Assembly: GCA_028278665.1 (NCBI GenBank)
Contig: JAQAJI010000030.1
Location: 1 to 63,335, forward strand
Reading direction: 5' to 3'
DNA from: Candidatus Rariloculus versatilis
GTDB lineage: Bacteria > Pseudomonadota > Gammaproteobacteria > Steroidobacterales > Rariloculaceae
DNA length: 63,335 nucleotides
How positions within the stretch are numbered: position 1 is the first letter of the stretch; the number at the start of each line of letters is the position of its first letter. The translations under genes were made by a program, and so were the position numbers. This document shows, piece by piece, positions 9,564 to 17,223 of this stretch. Under the pieces are notes generated by a model that saw nothing but the letters and a program-made list of their open reading frames with translations, did no database searches and was not told where the DNA came from.

Positions 9564-10559
9564 TTGTCCGAGAAGTTGCCCGCCGAGCCAGGAAGTGCAA
9601 TCCGGCAGGGAGTCGTGCAGGCCGACGCCGCCTGGCGCGCGTTGCTCGAGGCGGCAAGGCGGACTCGGGACGAGGACGGCTTCGCTCCAGGCCCGGATGC
9701 TGCAGAACCTGCCGCGAATTCGGTCCGCGACCCGCACATCGACGCCGGTGGGGGGCTGCTCGTCCGGGACTCGGGCGGCCGCTGGGCGCGTGGAGCTTCG
9801 GTCCCTGCCGAGGCGGCAGCGCTGCTCGATCTTTACCTGCCCGTATGCAATGCGCGGCCGGAGTCGCCGCTGACCGTCGGTCATCTCGGCCAGAGCCTCG
9901 ACGGCTACATTGCGACGGACTCCGGAGACTCCAACTTCGTGACGGGTCCGGCCAACATAGTGCACCTGCACCGGATGCGGGCGCTGTGCGACGCCATCGT
10001 CGTCGGCGCCGGCACGATCGCCAGCGACGACCCGCGGTTGACGACGCGGCTGGTAGAAGGCGCGAATCCCGTTCGCGTCGTCCTCGATCCTTCGCGCAGG
10101 CTCGATGCGCGCTACGGGGTGTTTTCGGACGGCCAGGCCGAGACGATACTGATTTGCGACGAGCAAGGAGCCGCAAATGGAGCGGAGTCGTGCGGCCTTG
10201 CCGAGGTCATCGGGGTACCGGTCGACGCCGGGCGACTCGATCTCGAAGCGCTGCTCGCGCGTTTTGCCGAGCGCGGTCTGGCCGCGGTGTTCGTCGAGGG
10301 CGGCGGCAGGACGGTATCGCGATTCCTCGAGGCCGGCCTGCTCGACCGCCTGCAGATTGCGATCGCGCCGCTCGTCACCGGCGCCGGAACTCCGGGTCTC
10401 CGCCTGCCGGGATGCGACGAGATGGCCGAATGCCTGCGGCCTGCGCATCGCGTGTTTTCGATGGGAGACGATGTGCTCTTCGACTGCGATCTCGGGGCCG
10501 GGGCTTCGCCGCCGCGCGGCGCTACGCAACAGCAAGAGCAGCTCAGTCGGATCGTTTGA
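9564..10559 (+). CDS. RibD C-terminal-domain (DHFR-like) reductase with an N-terminal extension
   Basis: PLTVGHLGQSLDGYIATDSGDSNFVTGPANIVHLHRMRALCDAIVVGAGTIASDDPRLTTRL and VFVEGGGRTVSRFLEAGLLDRLQIAIAPLVTG. About 95 N-terminal residues have no recognisable domain. TTG start. Confidence 0.7.
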   Translation: MSEKLPAEPGSAIRQGVVQADAAWRALLEAARRTRDEDGFAPGPDAAEPAANSVRDPHIDAGGGLLVRDSGGRWARGASVPAEAAALLDLYLPVCNARPESPLTVGHLGQSLDGYIATDSGDSNFVTGPANIVHLHRMRALCDAIVVGAGTIASDDPRLTTRLVEGANPVRVVLDPSRRLDARYGVFSDGQAETILICDEQGAANGAESCGLAEVIGVPVDAGRLDLEALLARFAERGLAAVFVEGGGRTVSRFLEAGLLDRLQIAIAPLVTGAGTPGLRLPGCDEMAECLRPAHRVFSMGDDVLFDCDLGAGASPPRGATQQQEQLSRIV

Positions 10560-10568
10560 GCCGGCCGC

Positions 10569-11441
10569 TTACCTGCCTCGGACGTAGGCGAGCAGGTCTT
10601 CGTGGCCGACGAGAATCCCGGAGCCTGACGCGGCGAGCGCCGCGCGGCGTCTTTGGCGCCAGCGCGAAAGCGCGCCATCGTCGCCGTCGTCCATGTCGAG
10701 CGCCGCTTCGAACCAGCCATCGAGCAGCATTGCGTGAAGCTGCTGCTCATCGTCGCCGAGACGCCAGTCGCTGCGCTCGCGAACCACGCGGTAGCCGAAC
10801 TCGGAGAGGATCGTCGCTGCCGCGTCCGGCGCCGCGGGCCCGAGTGCAGGTCCGAAGCCCTTGTCGCTGCGTTGGTGGCGGTTGACGAGCGTACGGACAT
10901 GCGCGTCGCCCGCATCCTCGGGGTTCAATTGGATCCGGCCGTCATAAGTCAGTGCAAAGAGCAGTGTCGCCTTGGAATCGCGCGACCGGGCCGCGACGCC
11001 GCGCAGCCATGACTCCGACACGAGATCGAGAAGGGCGGAGCAGGTGACGAGCGCCGATTCGGGCCAGACGAGATTCGCAGGATCGGCCGCAAGGTTTGCT
11101 CTGATGAACTCAGCGCGGCATTGAAACGACTCGCCGCTTACGGTGAAACCGTCCGCGGTTTCGGTGAACTGCGCGCCCAGTTCCTCGGCCCAGGCACGTG
11201 TGAATCCAGTGGTCGTCGCGAGCACCCGGGGATCGTCGTCGACGAGCTGCCAGCGCTGCCGGCCGCCGAGCCGCGGCGCGAGATAGCGAAAGTTCGCGCC
11301 GGTACCGCTGCCGAGATCGACTGCCGCGAGAGTCTCGTAGTCACCAAGCCGCTTGCGCAGCGAATCCACGAGCGCCACGGCCCGCGACCTCGCATCGACT
11401 GGCTCCCGTGCGGCCAGCCATTTCGGCGCGAAGCCGCTCAT
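10569..11441 (-). CDS. class I SAM-dependent methyltransferase
   Basis: SAM motif I in AAVDLGSGTGANFRYLAP, followed by WQLVDDD. Start trimmed from 11756 to the ATG at 11441 (MSGFAPKWLAAREP...). The upstream part of the track ORF is Arg-rich out-of-frame sequence. Confidence 0.7.
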   Translation of the reverse strand: MSGFAPKWLAAREPVDARSRAVALVDSLRKRLGDYETLAAVDLGSGTGANFRYLAPRLGGRQRWQLVDDDPRVLATTTGFTRAWAEELGAQFTETADGFTVSGESFQCRAEFIRANLAADPANLVWPESALVTCSALLDLVSESWLRGVAARSRDSKATLLFALTYDGRIQLNPEDAGDAHVRTLVNRHQRSDKGFGPALGPAAPDAAATILSEFGYRVVRERSDWRLGDDEQQLHAMLLDGWFEAALDMDDGDDGALSRWRQRRRAALAASGSGILVGHEDLLAYVRGR

Positions 11442-11530
11442 ATTCGAGCCAGCCTCGCAAGCGCGGCAGCCCACGACCTCGCGTCGGCCGGTTCCCGCGC
11501 GGCCAGCCAATCGGGCGCGAAGCCGCTCAC
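11367..11530. repeat. diverged tandem duplication (offset 89 nt) of the methyltransferase 5' end
   Basis: On the minus strand, GTGAGCGGCTTCGCGCCCGATTGGCTGGCCGCGCGGGAACCGGCCGACGCGAGGTCGTGGGC (from 11530) matches ATGAGCGGCTTCGCGCCGAAATGGCTGGCCGCACGGGAGCCAGTCGATGCGAGGTCGCGGGC (from 11441) at about 51 of 62 positions by my count. Confidence 0.6.
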
Positions 11531-12579
11531 GACCGTGCAACTCCCGCGAGCGCCGCGGCGAATCGTTCGACCGTCCGGTCCCAATCCGGTAGCGCCGTGC
11601 GCGCAGCAAGTGCTGCTTCGCAGAGTCCGGCGAGCACGCTTCGATCATCCATGACGCTCGCCAGTGCCCGTGCCAGTGCCGCGCTGTCACCCGGCGGCAC
11701 GAGGATGCCCGCCCCGGGCGCGACCGTGTCGGGTATTGCGCCCGCCGTGGTCGCAACGATCGGGATGCCCCGGGCCAGTGCTTCGGTCAGCACCATGCCA
11801 AAGCCCTCGAGCGCGGACGCAAGAACGAACAAATCGCAGTTCGCGTACTGCGCGGCAAGCTCTTCGGGACCGAGTTCGCCGGGGAAAACGATCCGATCTC
11901 TGAGGCCAAGCCGCTCGATCCGCGCCCGGAGACCGGCGGCGAGCGCCGGGTCCCTGGTCAGGCTGCCGGCACACACGAGCCGCCAGTCCCTGTCGGCCAA
12001 CTGCCCGAGCGCGTCGAACAGCGTGGCGTGACCCTTGCGGGCGGTCAGCGACCCGACGCAAAGCAGCCGCAGCGTCGTGCCGCTCGACGGACGCCGCGGC
12101 GGTGCGGGGTCAACGCCGGGCTCCACGACCGTGATCCGGTCCGCGCCGACGCCGTAGCCGGCCAGCGCACTCCGGGTCCACCGGCTCGTGACGATGACGT
12201 GACTCACGGCCGCGAGGGACTCGGTTTCCGCGTTCTTCAGGGCGGCTGCCTGCAAAGCGTCGAGGCCGGTCTCGAGCGCCAGAGGGTGGTGCACGAGAGC
12301 GCAGAGCCGAAGCCGGTCTGCGGCCGGGCGCAGAATGGCGGCACTGCCGCCAAGCGCGAGACCGTCGATGACGACGTGACGGCCGCTCGGGATGCCCGCG
12401 ACCACGCTTCGGGCCTGGTTCACGGCGCTGCGGGTCGGCATCGGGAAGCTCGTGTCGAGCGAATGCACGGATGTCGTCCAGCCCAGTGTTCTGAGTCCCT
12501 CCACGACGCGGCGGTCGTAGATGTAGCCGCCGGTCAGCGTCCTTATGTCGCCCGGTACGATGAAGTCGACGGAGGTCAC
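11527..12579 (-). CDS. GT-B fold glycosyltransferase (GT4/GT1 family)
   Basis: C-terminal FVLASALEGFGMVLTEALARGIPIVATTAGAIPDTV (EX7E region). 350 aa. Confidence 0.8.
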   Translation of the reverse strand: MTSVDFIVPGDIRTLTGGYIYDRRVVEGLRTLGWTTSVHSLDTSFPMPTRSAVNQARSVVAGIPSGRHVVIDGLALGGSAAILRPAADRLRLCALVHHPLALETGLDALQAAALKNAETESLAAVSHVIVTSRWTRSALAGYGVGADRITVVEPGVDPAPPRRPSSGTTLRLLCVGSLTARKGHATLFDALGQLADRDWRLVCAGSLTRDPALAAGLRARIERLGLRDRIVFPGELGPEELAAQYANCDLFVLASALEGFGMVLTEALARGIPIVATTAGAIPDTVAPGAGILVPPGDSAALARALASVMDDRSVLAGLCEAALAARTALPDWDRTVERFAAALAGVARS

Positions 12580-12620
12580 GCGGCGGCGATGAAATGCAGC
12601 GGGGCTTTCGCCACGGGTTG

Positions 12621-13025
12621 CTAAACCTCTACCTTGTTTTCGTACGCGGCCCAGGCGACGTGCGATTCGTGCAGCGTGACCCGCATCGAGGCGATCTGCC
12701 GGGCGTTCTCGCCGAGCGCGCCGCCTGCGATACGGTCACGGAACCGCTCGAAGATGACGGCGGCGAGGAACTCCGTCGTCGTGTTCCGGCCCTCGAACGC
12801 TTCCTCGTCGTCTAGATTGCGGAAGTTGAGCTGCGCGAGAATGTCCTTCAGGGCCTCGCCCGCGAGTCCGATATCGACGACGACGCCGTCCGAATCGAGC
12901 TCGGGACGCCGAAACTCGACATCGACCACGTAGGTCGCGCCATGCAATTGCTGTGCCGGGCCAAACACCTCGCCTTCGAAGCTGTGGGCGATCATGAAGT
13001 GATCGCGGACCGAGACTGTGTACAT
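12621..13025 (-). CDS. 6-pyruvoyl-tetrahydropterin synthase / QueD-family protein
   Basis: 134 aa. [12 protein letters not shown]...[12 protein letters not shown]...LNFRNLDD is typical of the PTPS/QueD T-fold. Confidence 0.8.
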   Translation of the reverse strand: MYTVSVRDHFMIAHSFEGEVFGPAQQLHGATYVVDVEFRRPELDSDGVVVDIGLAGEALKDILAQLNFRNLDDEEAFEGRNTTTEFLAAVIFERFRDRIAGGALGENARQIASMRVTLHESHVAWAAYENKVEV

Positions 13026-13042
13026 GACGCTACCTCAAACGT

Positions 13043-13236
13043 GGACGATGCGATGGCGGAGCGCGCCGCCGCCCCGGCCGGAACGACGCGACTGCAGGGT
13101 GTGCTGCGGCCTTCGGCATGAACGACGCGCTGGCGGAGCGCACCGCCGCGTCCGGCGTGAACGACGCGATGATCGAGAACACCACCGCCTCACTCATAGA
13201 CGATGCGATGGCACATTGCGCCGCCGGGCCGGGCGG
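13043..13236. repeat. five degenerate tandem copies of a 39-bp unit spanning the dehydrogenase 3' end and the downstream spacer
   Basis: Units start at 13043, 13081, 13120, 13159 and 13198 (GAACGACGCG / GGACGATGCG / AGACGATGCG heads). The last unit encodes the C-terminus ...CHRIVYE. Confidence 0.7.
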
Positions 13237-14173
13237 CCAGACGCGCAAGTACGCTCGGCAGATCTTCAAAGCTGTCCTCTCCCGAGATCAATGCATCAAG
13301 GTCCGGATCGCCGAGCAGCTCGAAGACCAGGTTCATCTGCCGTTTGCCGGTCCAGCGTGCACGTTGCGCCGGTGAAATAGAGCCGACCTGCGACGACTTG
13401 AGCGTCAGTCTCCGGCTGTGAAAGCGTTCGCCGAGCCTGAGCGCGGCCGGCCGGTCCCCGTACCAGCTCAGCTCCACGATGGTGGCCTCGAAGCCCGCGA
13501 TCTCTAGCGCCGTTGAAAGACCCTCCGGGTTGCCGCTCGCATGAACGACGACATCGGCTTCCGGTTGTGCACCCGCAGGCGAGCGGAACGCAACGCCGAG
13601 GCTCGCGGCGACCGACGCCTTCGCCGGGTCGATGTCGACGAGTTCAACGCGGCAGCCGCAGATGCGTGCCGCGAGCCAGGCAGCGAGGCAGCCGACCGTG
13701 CCCGCGCCGATGACGCAAACGCGGTCGCCGATCCTGGGCGCTGCGTCCCAGAGTCCGTTGACGGCGGTCTGCAGGTTGGCCGCGAGTACGGTACGCGCCG
13801 GCGGCAGACCCTCGGGCAGCACATGAACGGCGTCGGCCGGCACGATATAACGCGTCTGATGCGGGTAGAGACAGAACACGTTGCGGCCGACGAGCGCTGC
13901 CGGTCCCTCGCTCACGGTTCCGACGTTGGCGTAGCCGTACTTGACGGGTGCGGGGAAGTCGCCGGACTGGAACGGCGCGCGCATTCGCGCGTATTCGGCG
14001 GCCGGGACGCGACCGTTGAACACCAACGCCTCGGTGCCGCGGCTGACTCCGCTGTAGAGCGTGTTGACGGCGATGTCGCCCGGCTTCGGTTCGGGGAGGA
14101 CCTCCCCGCGGATTTCGCCCTTTCCTGGCGCCGTGACCCAGAACGCACGCGCGTCGTCGCAGGTCTTGGGCAT
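13190..14173 (-). CDS. zinc-type medium-chain alcohol dehydrogenase family protein
   Basis: MDR pattern: GVSRGTE in the N-terminal domain and a VCVIGAGTVGCLAAWLAARI Rossmann motif. 327 aa. Confidence 0.75.
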   Translation of the reverse strand: MPKTCDDARAFWVTAPGKGEIRGEVLPEPKPGDIAVNTLYSGVSRGTEALVFNGRVPAAEYARMRAPFQSGDFPAPVKYGYANVGTVSEGPAALVGRNVFCLYPHQTRYIVPADAVHVLPEGLPPARTVLAANLQTAVNGLWDAAPRIGDRVCVIGAGTVGCLAAWLAARICGCRVELVDIDPAKASVAASLGVAFRSPAGAQPEADVVVHASGNPEGLSTALEIAGFEATIVELSWYGDRPAALRLGERFHSRRLTLKSSQVGSISPAQRARWTGKRQMNLVFELLGDPDLDALISGEDSFEDLPSVLARLAARPGGAMCHRIVYE

Positions 14174-14256
14174 ACGGGATTATCGGCTGGCGGCGGTTCA
14201 GGCAATACTTGCAGGACGATGTTTGACATGCAAGCCTGCCGCGATGCGTAGCCGGT

Positions 14257-14310
14257 CAATCAGGCCTTGCGAGGCGGTCTTCCGCCAATCAGGTCTTGCG
14301 AGGCGGTCTT
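14257..14310. repeat. two 25-nt direct repeats with 29-bp period
   Basis: CAATCAGGCCTTGCGAGGCGGTCTT (14257-14281) and CAATCAGGTCTTGCGAGGCGGTCTT (14286-14310), 24 of 25 identical, in the divergent intergenic region. Confidence 0.7.
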
Positions 14311-14372
14311 GCTCCCCATTCAGCAGTCTTCGGCGACGCGGTTTTGCGTCGCCTGCGGCGCGGCACCAGATG

Positions 14373-14517
14373 CCAGGAGCCTGCGCCGAAGGAATTCGCG
14401 GCTGCAAATCCGCTCTCATCCGCCCCTTCGCTTGATCGATTTCGTCAAATATGGCTCGATATTCTCCTCAATCGATCAACCGAAGGGACGGCGATAGCGA
14501 ATTTTCGCTTCTCCTGG
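14373..14517. mobile_element. MITE copy of the same family, opposite orientation, rearranged
   Basis: It matches the reverse complement of 42889-43033 over roughly the first 60 nt and again over roughly 50 nt. A different central segment (about 29 nt) sits between them, and most of one terminal repeat is lost. The ends are CCAGG...CCTGG. Confidence 0.55.
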
Positions 14518-14562
14518 CCGCCTGGCGTGAACGCGCGGCCCAAAGCGTTCAGCGGCGCAACC

Positions 14563-15279
14563 ATGTCCACGCCCGCGGCGAGTGTCCTGTTCCTGTTCGC
14601 CACTCTCGCCTGTGCCTCGATTCTCGCCGCAGATCGTTTTCAACTCGGCGCCGCATATCCCGTCAAAGTACTTGTCGGATTTGCGTTTATTGGTGCAGTC
14701 GTGATCGTGCTCGCGCGCAGGCGCCTGGCCGCACCGTCCTTCGGAGCGGCCAATCGGATCACTCTCGACCGTGCGGCCCTGACAGCACTTCTCATCGGTT
14801 TGTTCGGGGAACGCGCAACGCCCGGTCTTGCCTGGATCGCGCTGGCTGTCGCGATCGCCGTGTTGATTCTCGACGGCGTGGACGGGGCGGTCGCGCGCAG
14901 ACGCGGCCAGGAATCGCGATTCGGTGCGCGATTCGACATGGAAATCGACGCCCTGCTGATACTGGTGCTTGCCGGGCTGACGTTGCAGTTCGCCAAGGCC
15001 GGTGTGTGGGTCCTTGCCGGCGGACTGCTGCGCTACGCATTTGTCGCTGCGGGCGCCGTCCTGCCGTGGCTCGCTGCGCCGCTGCCGCCGAGCCGGCGGC
15101 GGCAGGCCGTGTGCGTCGTGCAGGTCGTATCGCTGCTCGTCTGTCTCGCGCCGTTCACCCTGACACCGTGGAGCGCCATCGCTGCAGCGCTCGGCATCGC
15201 TGCGCTGATCTGGTCCTTCACCGTGGATGTCGTGTGGTTGGCTCGCAATCGCCGCAGGAGCGTTCAATGCAAGTCCTGA
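14563..15279 (+). CDS. CDP-alcohol phosphatidyltransferase family protein
   Basis: DGVDGAVARRRGQESRFGARFDMEIDALLILVLA matches D(x)2DG(x)2AR...G(x)3D(x)3D. Several TM segments. Start trimmed to the ATG at 14563, because the upstream part of the track ORF reads through a MITE copy. Confidence 0.75.
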   Translation: MSTPAASVLFLFATLACASILAADRFQLGAAYPVKVLVGFAFIGAVVIVLARRRLAAPSFGAANRITLDRAALTALLIGLFGERATPGLAWIALAVAIAVLILDGVDGAVARRRGQESRFGARFDMEIDALLILVLAGLTLQFAKAGVWVLAGGLLRYAFVAAGAVLPWLAAPLPPSRRRQAVCVVQVVSLLVCLAPFTLTPWSAIAAALGIAALIWSFTVDVVWLARNRRRSVQCKS

Positions 15280-16745
15280 CAGTTCTCGTCTACACGTTTG
15301 TCATGATGGTCGGCCTCGGCGTGCTCGCGGCCCTGATCGTGTTCGTCGTCGACATTTCGCAGACTCACGACGCAATCCGCCGCAATTTTCCGGTCCTCGG
15401 CCGGTTCCGCGGCTTGTTCGAGCGCCTGGGCGAGTTCTTCAGACAGTACTTCTTCGCGCTCGACCGCGACGAGTTGCCGTTCAACCGCGCCGAACGGAAC
15501 TGGGTCTACCGCGCTTCGAAGCAAGGCACCAACACGATCGCGTTCGGTTCGACGCGCGAACTGCGGCCCGTCGGGACGGTGCTGTACGTCAACAGCGCAT
15601 GGCCGCTACTTGAGCAGGATGTCGCCGAGCCTGCATCGGTGACGTTCGGACTGGCCTGCGAGCGGCCCTACACGACAAATGCGCTCATCAGTATCTCGGC
15701 GATGAGCTACGGGTCGATCTCGCGGCCGGCCGTTCGTGCGCTGTCCCGAGGCGCGAAGAGTGCCGGCATCTGGCTCAACACCGGCGAGGGAGGTCTGGCA
15801 CCGCATCACCTCGAAGGCGGCTGCGACATCGTGTTCCAGATCGGCTCGGCGAATTACGGCGTGCGCGACGCCGAGGGCCGCCTCTCCGACGCCAGGCTCG
15901 CCGAGGTCGCTGCCCACGAGCAGGTCAGGATGTTCGAACTCAAGCTGAGCCAGGGCGCGAAGCCCGGCAAGGGCGGCATCCTGCCGGCCGTCAAGGTCAC
16001 CAGGGAAATCGCGTCGATCCGGGGCATTCCCGTCCACCAGGCGTCCATCAGCCCGAACCGTCATCCGGACATCGACAGCGCGTCCGACCTGCTCGACGTC
16101 ATCGGGCGGATTCGCGACGTCACCGGGAAGCCCGTCGGTTTCAAGGCTGTCATCGGGGAATTCGCCTGGCTCGATGAACTCTTCGAGGAAATCTACCGGC
16201 GCGGGATCCACAGCGCACCAGACTTCATTACGGTCGACGGCGGCGACGGCGGCAGCGGCGCCGCCCCGATGCCGCTCATGGACAACGTTGGCATGGTCGT
16301 TCGCGAGAGCCTGCCGCTGCTCGTCGACCGGCTCATCGGGAGCGGGCTGCGCGAGCGCATCAAGGTGATCACGAGCGGCAAGCTCATCGTCCCGTCGGAG
16401 GCGGCCTGGGCCTACTGCGCCGGCACCGATTTCGTCGCGTCGGCACGCGGCTTCATGTTCGCGCTCGGCTGCATTCAGGCCATGCAGTGCAACAGGAACA
16501 CCTGTCCCACAGGCGTCACGACTCACAACCGGAGACTGCAACGAGGTCTCGATCCTGCCGACAAGGCCGAACGCGTAGCGCGTTACGCCCGCACGATTTC
16601 GAGGGAGATCGCCATGATCGCCCACTCCTGCGGAGTCAGCGAACCCCGCCAACTTGAGCGCCGCCACTGCCGCATCGTGACCGAATCGGTCCGCTCGGTG
16701 CCGCTCGACGAGATCTGTCCGCCCGCAAGCCTGCCCGGCGGCTGA
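15267..16745 (+). CDS. FMN-binding glutamate synthase family protein (GltB domain-2-like) with N-terminal TM helix
   Basis: MQVLTVLVYTFVMMVGLGVLAALIVFVV, then ISAMSYGSIS, LNTGEGG, LKLSQGAKPGKGGILP and ITVDGGDGGSGAAP. The ATG at 15267 is preceded by GGAG and overlaps the previous gene by 13 nt. Confidence 0.8.
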   Translation: MQVLTVLVYTFVMMVGLGVLAALIVFVVDISQTHDAIRRNFPVLGRFRGLFERLGEFFRQYFFALDRDELPFNRAERNWVYRASKQGTNTIAFGSTRELRPVGTVLYVNSAWPLLEQDVAEPASVTFGLACERPYTTNALISISAMSYGSISRPAVRALSRGAKSAGIWLNTGEGGLAPHHLEGGCDIVFQIGSANYGVRDAEGRLSDARLAEVAAHEQVRMFELKLSQGAKPGKGGILPAVKVTREIASIRGIPVHQASISPNRHPDIDSASDLLDVIGRIRDVTGKPVGFKAVIGEFAWLDELFEEIYRRGIHSAPDFITVDGGDGGSGAAPMPLMDNVGMVVRESLPLLVDRLIGSGLRERIKVITSGKLIVPSEAAWAYCAGTDFVASARGFMFALGCIQAMQCNRNTCPTGVTTHNRRLQRGLDPADKAERVARYARTISREIAMIAHSCGVSEPRQLERRHCRIVTESVRSVPLDEICPPASLPGG

Positions 16746-17208
16746 AGCCGCAATGCCGGTAAGGGGCCGCCGGGGAGCTCGAGGCAAGCGACTCTCGAAA
16801 ACCCTACCCGCCAAGACGGCATCCGGCGCGCAGCCGAGCGCAGCGAGCGCCCGACCTCCGCTCAGCCGTTCAACGCGAGCGCCCGGCGGCTGAAGCCGCA
16901 ATGCCGATAAGGGGCCGCCGGGGAGCTCGAGGCAAGCGACTCTCGAAAACCTTACCCGTCAAGACGACATCCGGCGCGCAGCCGAGCGCAGCGAGCGCCC
17001 GACCTCCGCTCAACCATTCAACGGGAGCGCCCGGTGGCTGAAGCCGCAATGCCGGTAAGGGGCCGCCGGTGAGCTCGAGGCCAGCGACTCTCGAAAACCT
17101 TACCCGCCAAGACGACATCCGGCGCGCAGCCGAGCGCAGCGAGCGCCGTGCCCCCACTCAACCACTTGGCGTGAGCGGTCCCCGGCGGCCCCTTATCGGC
17201 GTTGCGGC
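16741..17208. repeat. tandem array of three 148-bp units bounded by 30-bp inverted repeats
   Basis: Units start at 16741, 16889 and 17037 (GCTGAAGCCGCAATGCCGGTAAGGGGCCGCCGGGGAGCTCGAGGCAAGCGACTCTCGAAAACC...). The array ends with TCCCCGGCGGCCCCTTATCGGCGTTGCGGC (17179-17208), which is the reverse complement of 16747-16776 with 2 mismatches. Confidence 0.85.
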
Positions 17209-17223
17209 CCCCCCGTCACCATA

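Noticed and set aside
8962-10885. Several long Arg-rich ORFs (8962..10176 minus, 9432..10535 minus, 9503..10885 plus)
   Set aside because: Their composition (runs of R, P, A, G) is typical of wrong-frame translation of GC-rich genes. The RibD-C-like frame 9564..10559 explains the region.
14296-14562. N-terminal extension of the CDP-alcohol transferase ORF, and the 14451..15266 extension of the GltS-like ORF
   Set aside because: The first extension reads through a MITE copy and lacks hydrophobic or conserved features. The second overlaps the transferase gene in another frame. Internal ATG starts at 14563 and 15267 give normal N-termini, and the latter has a GGAG site.
16741-17208. Possible CRISPR array
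   Set aside because: The 148-bp units are directly adjacent with no unique spacers and are far longer than CRISPR repeats. No cas genes are present.
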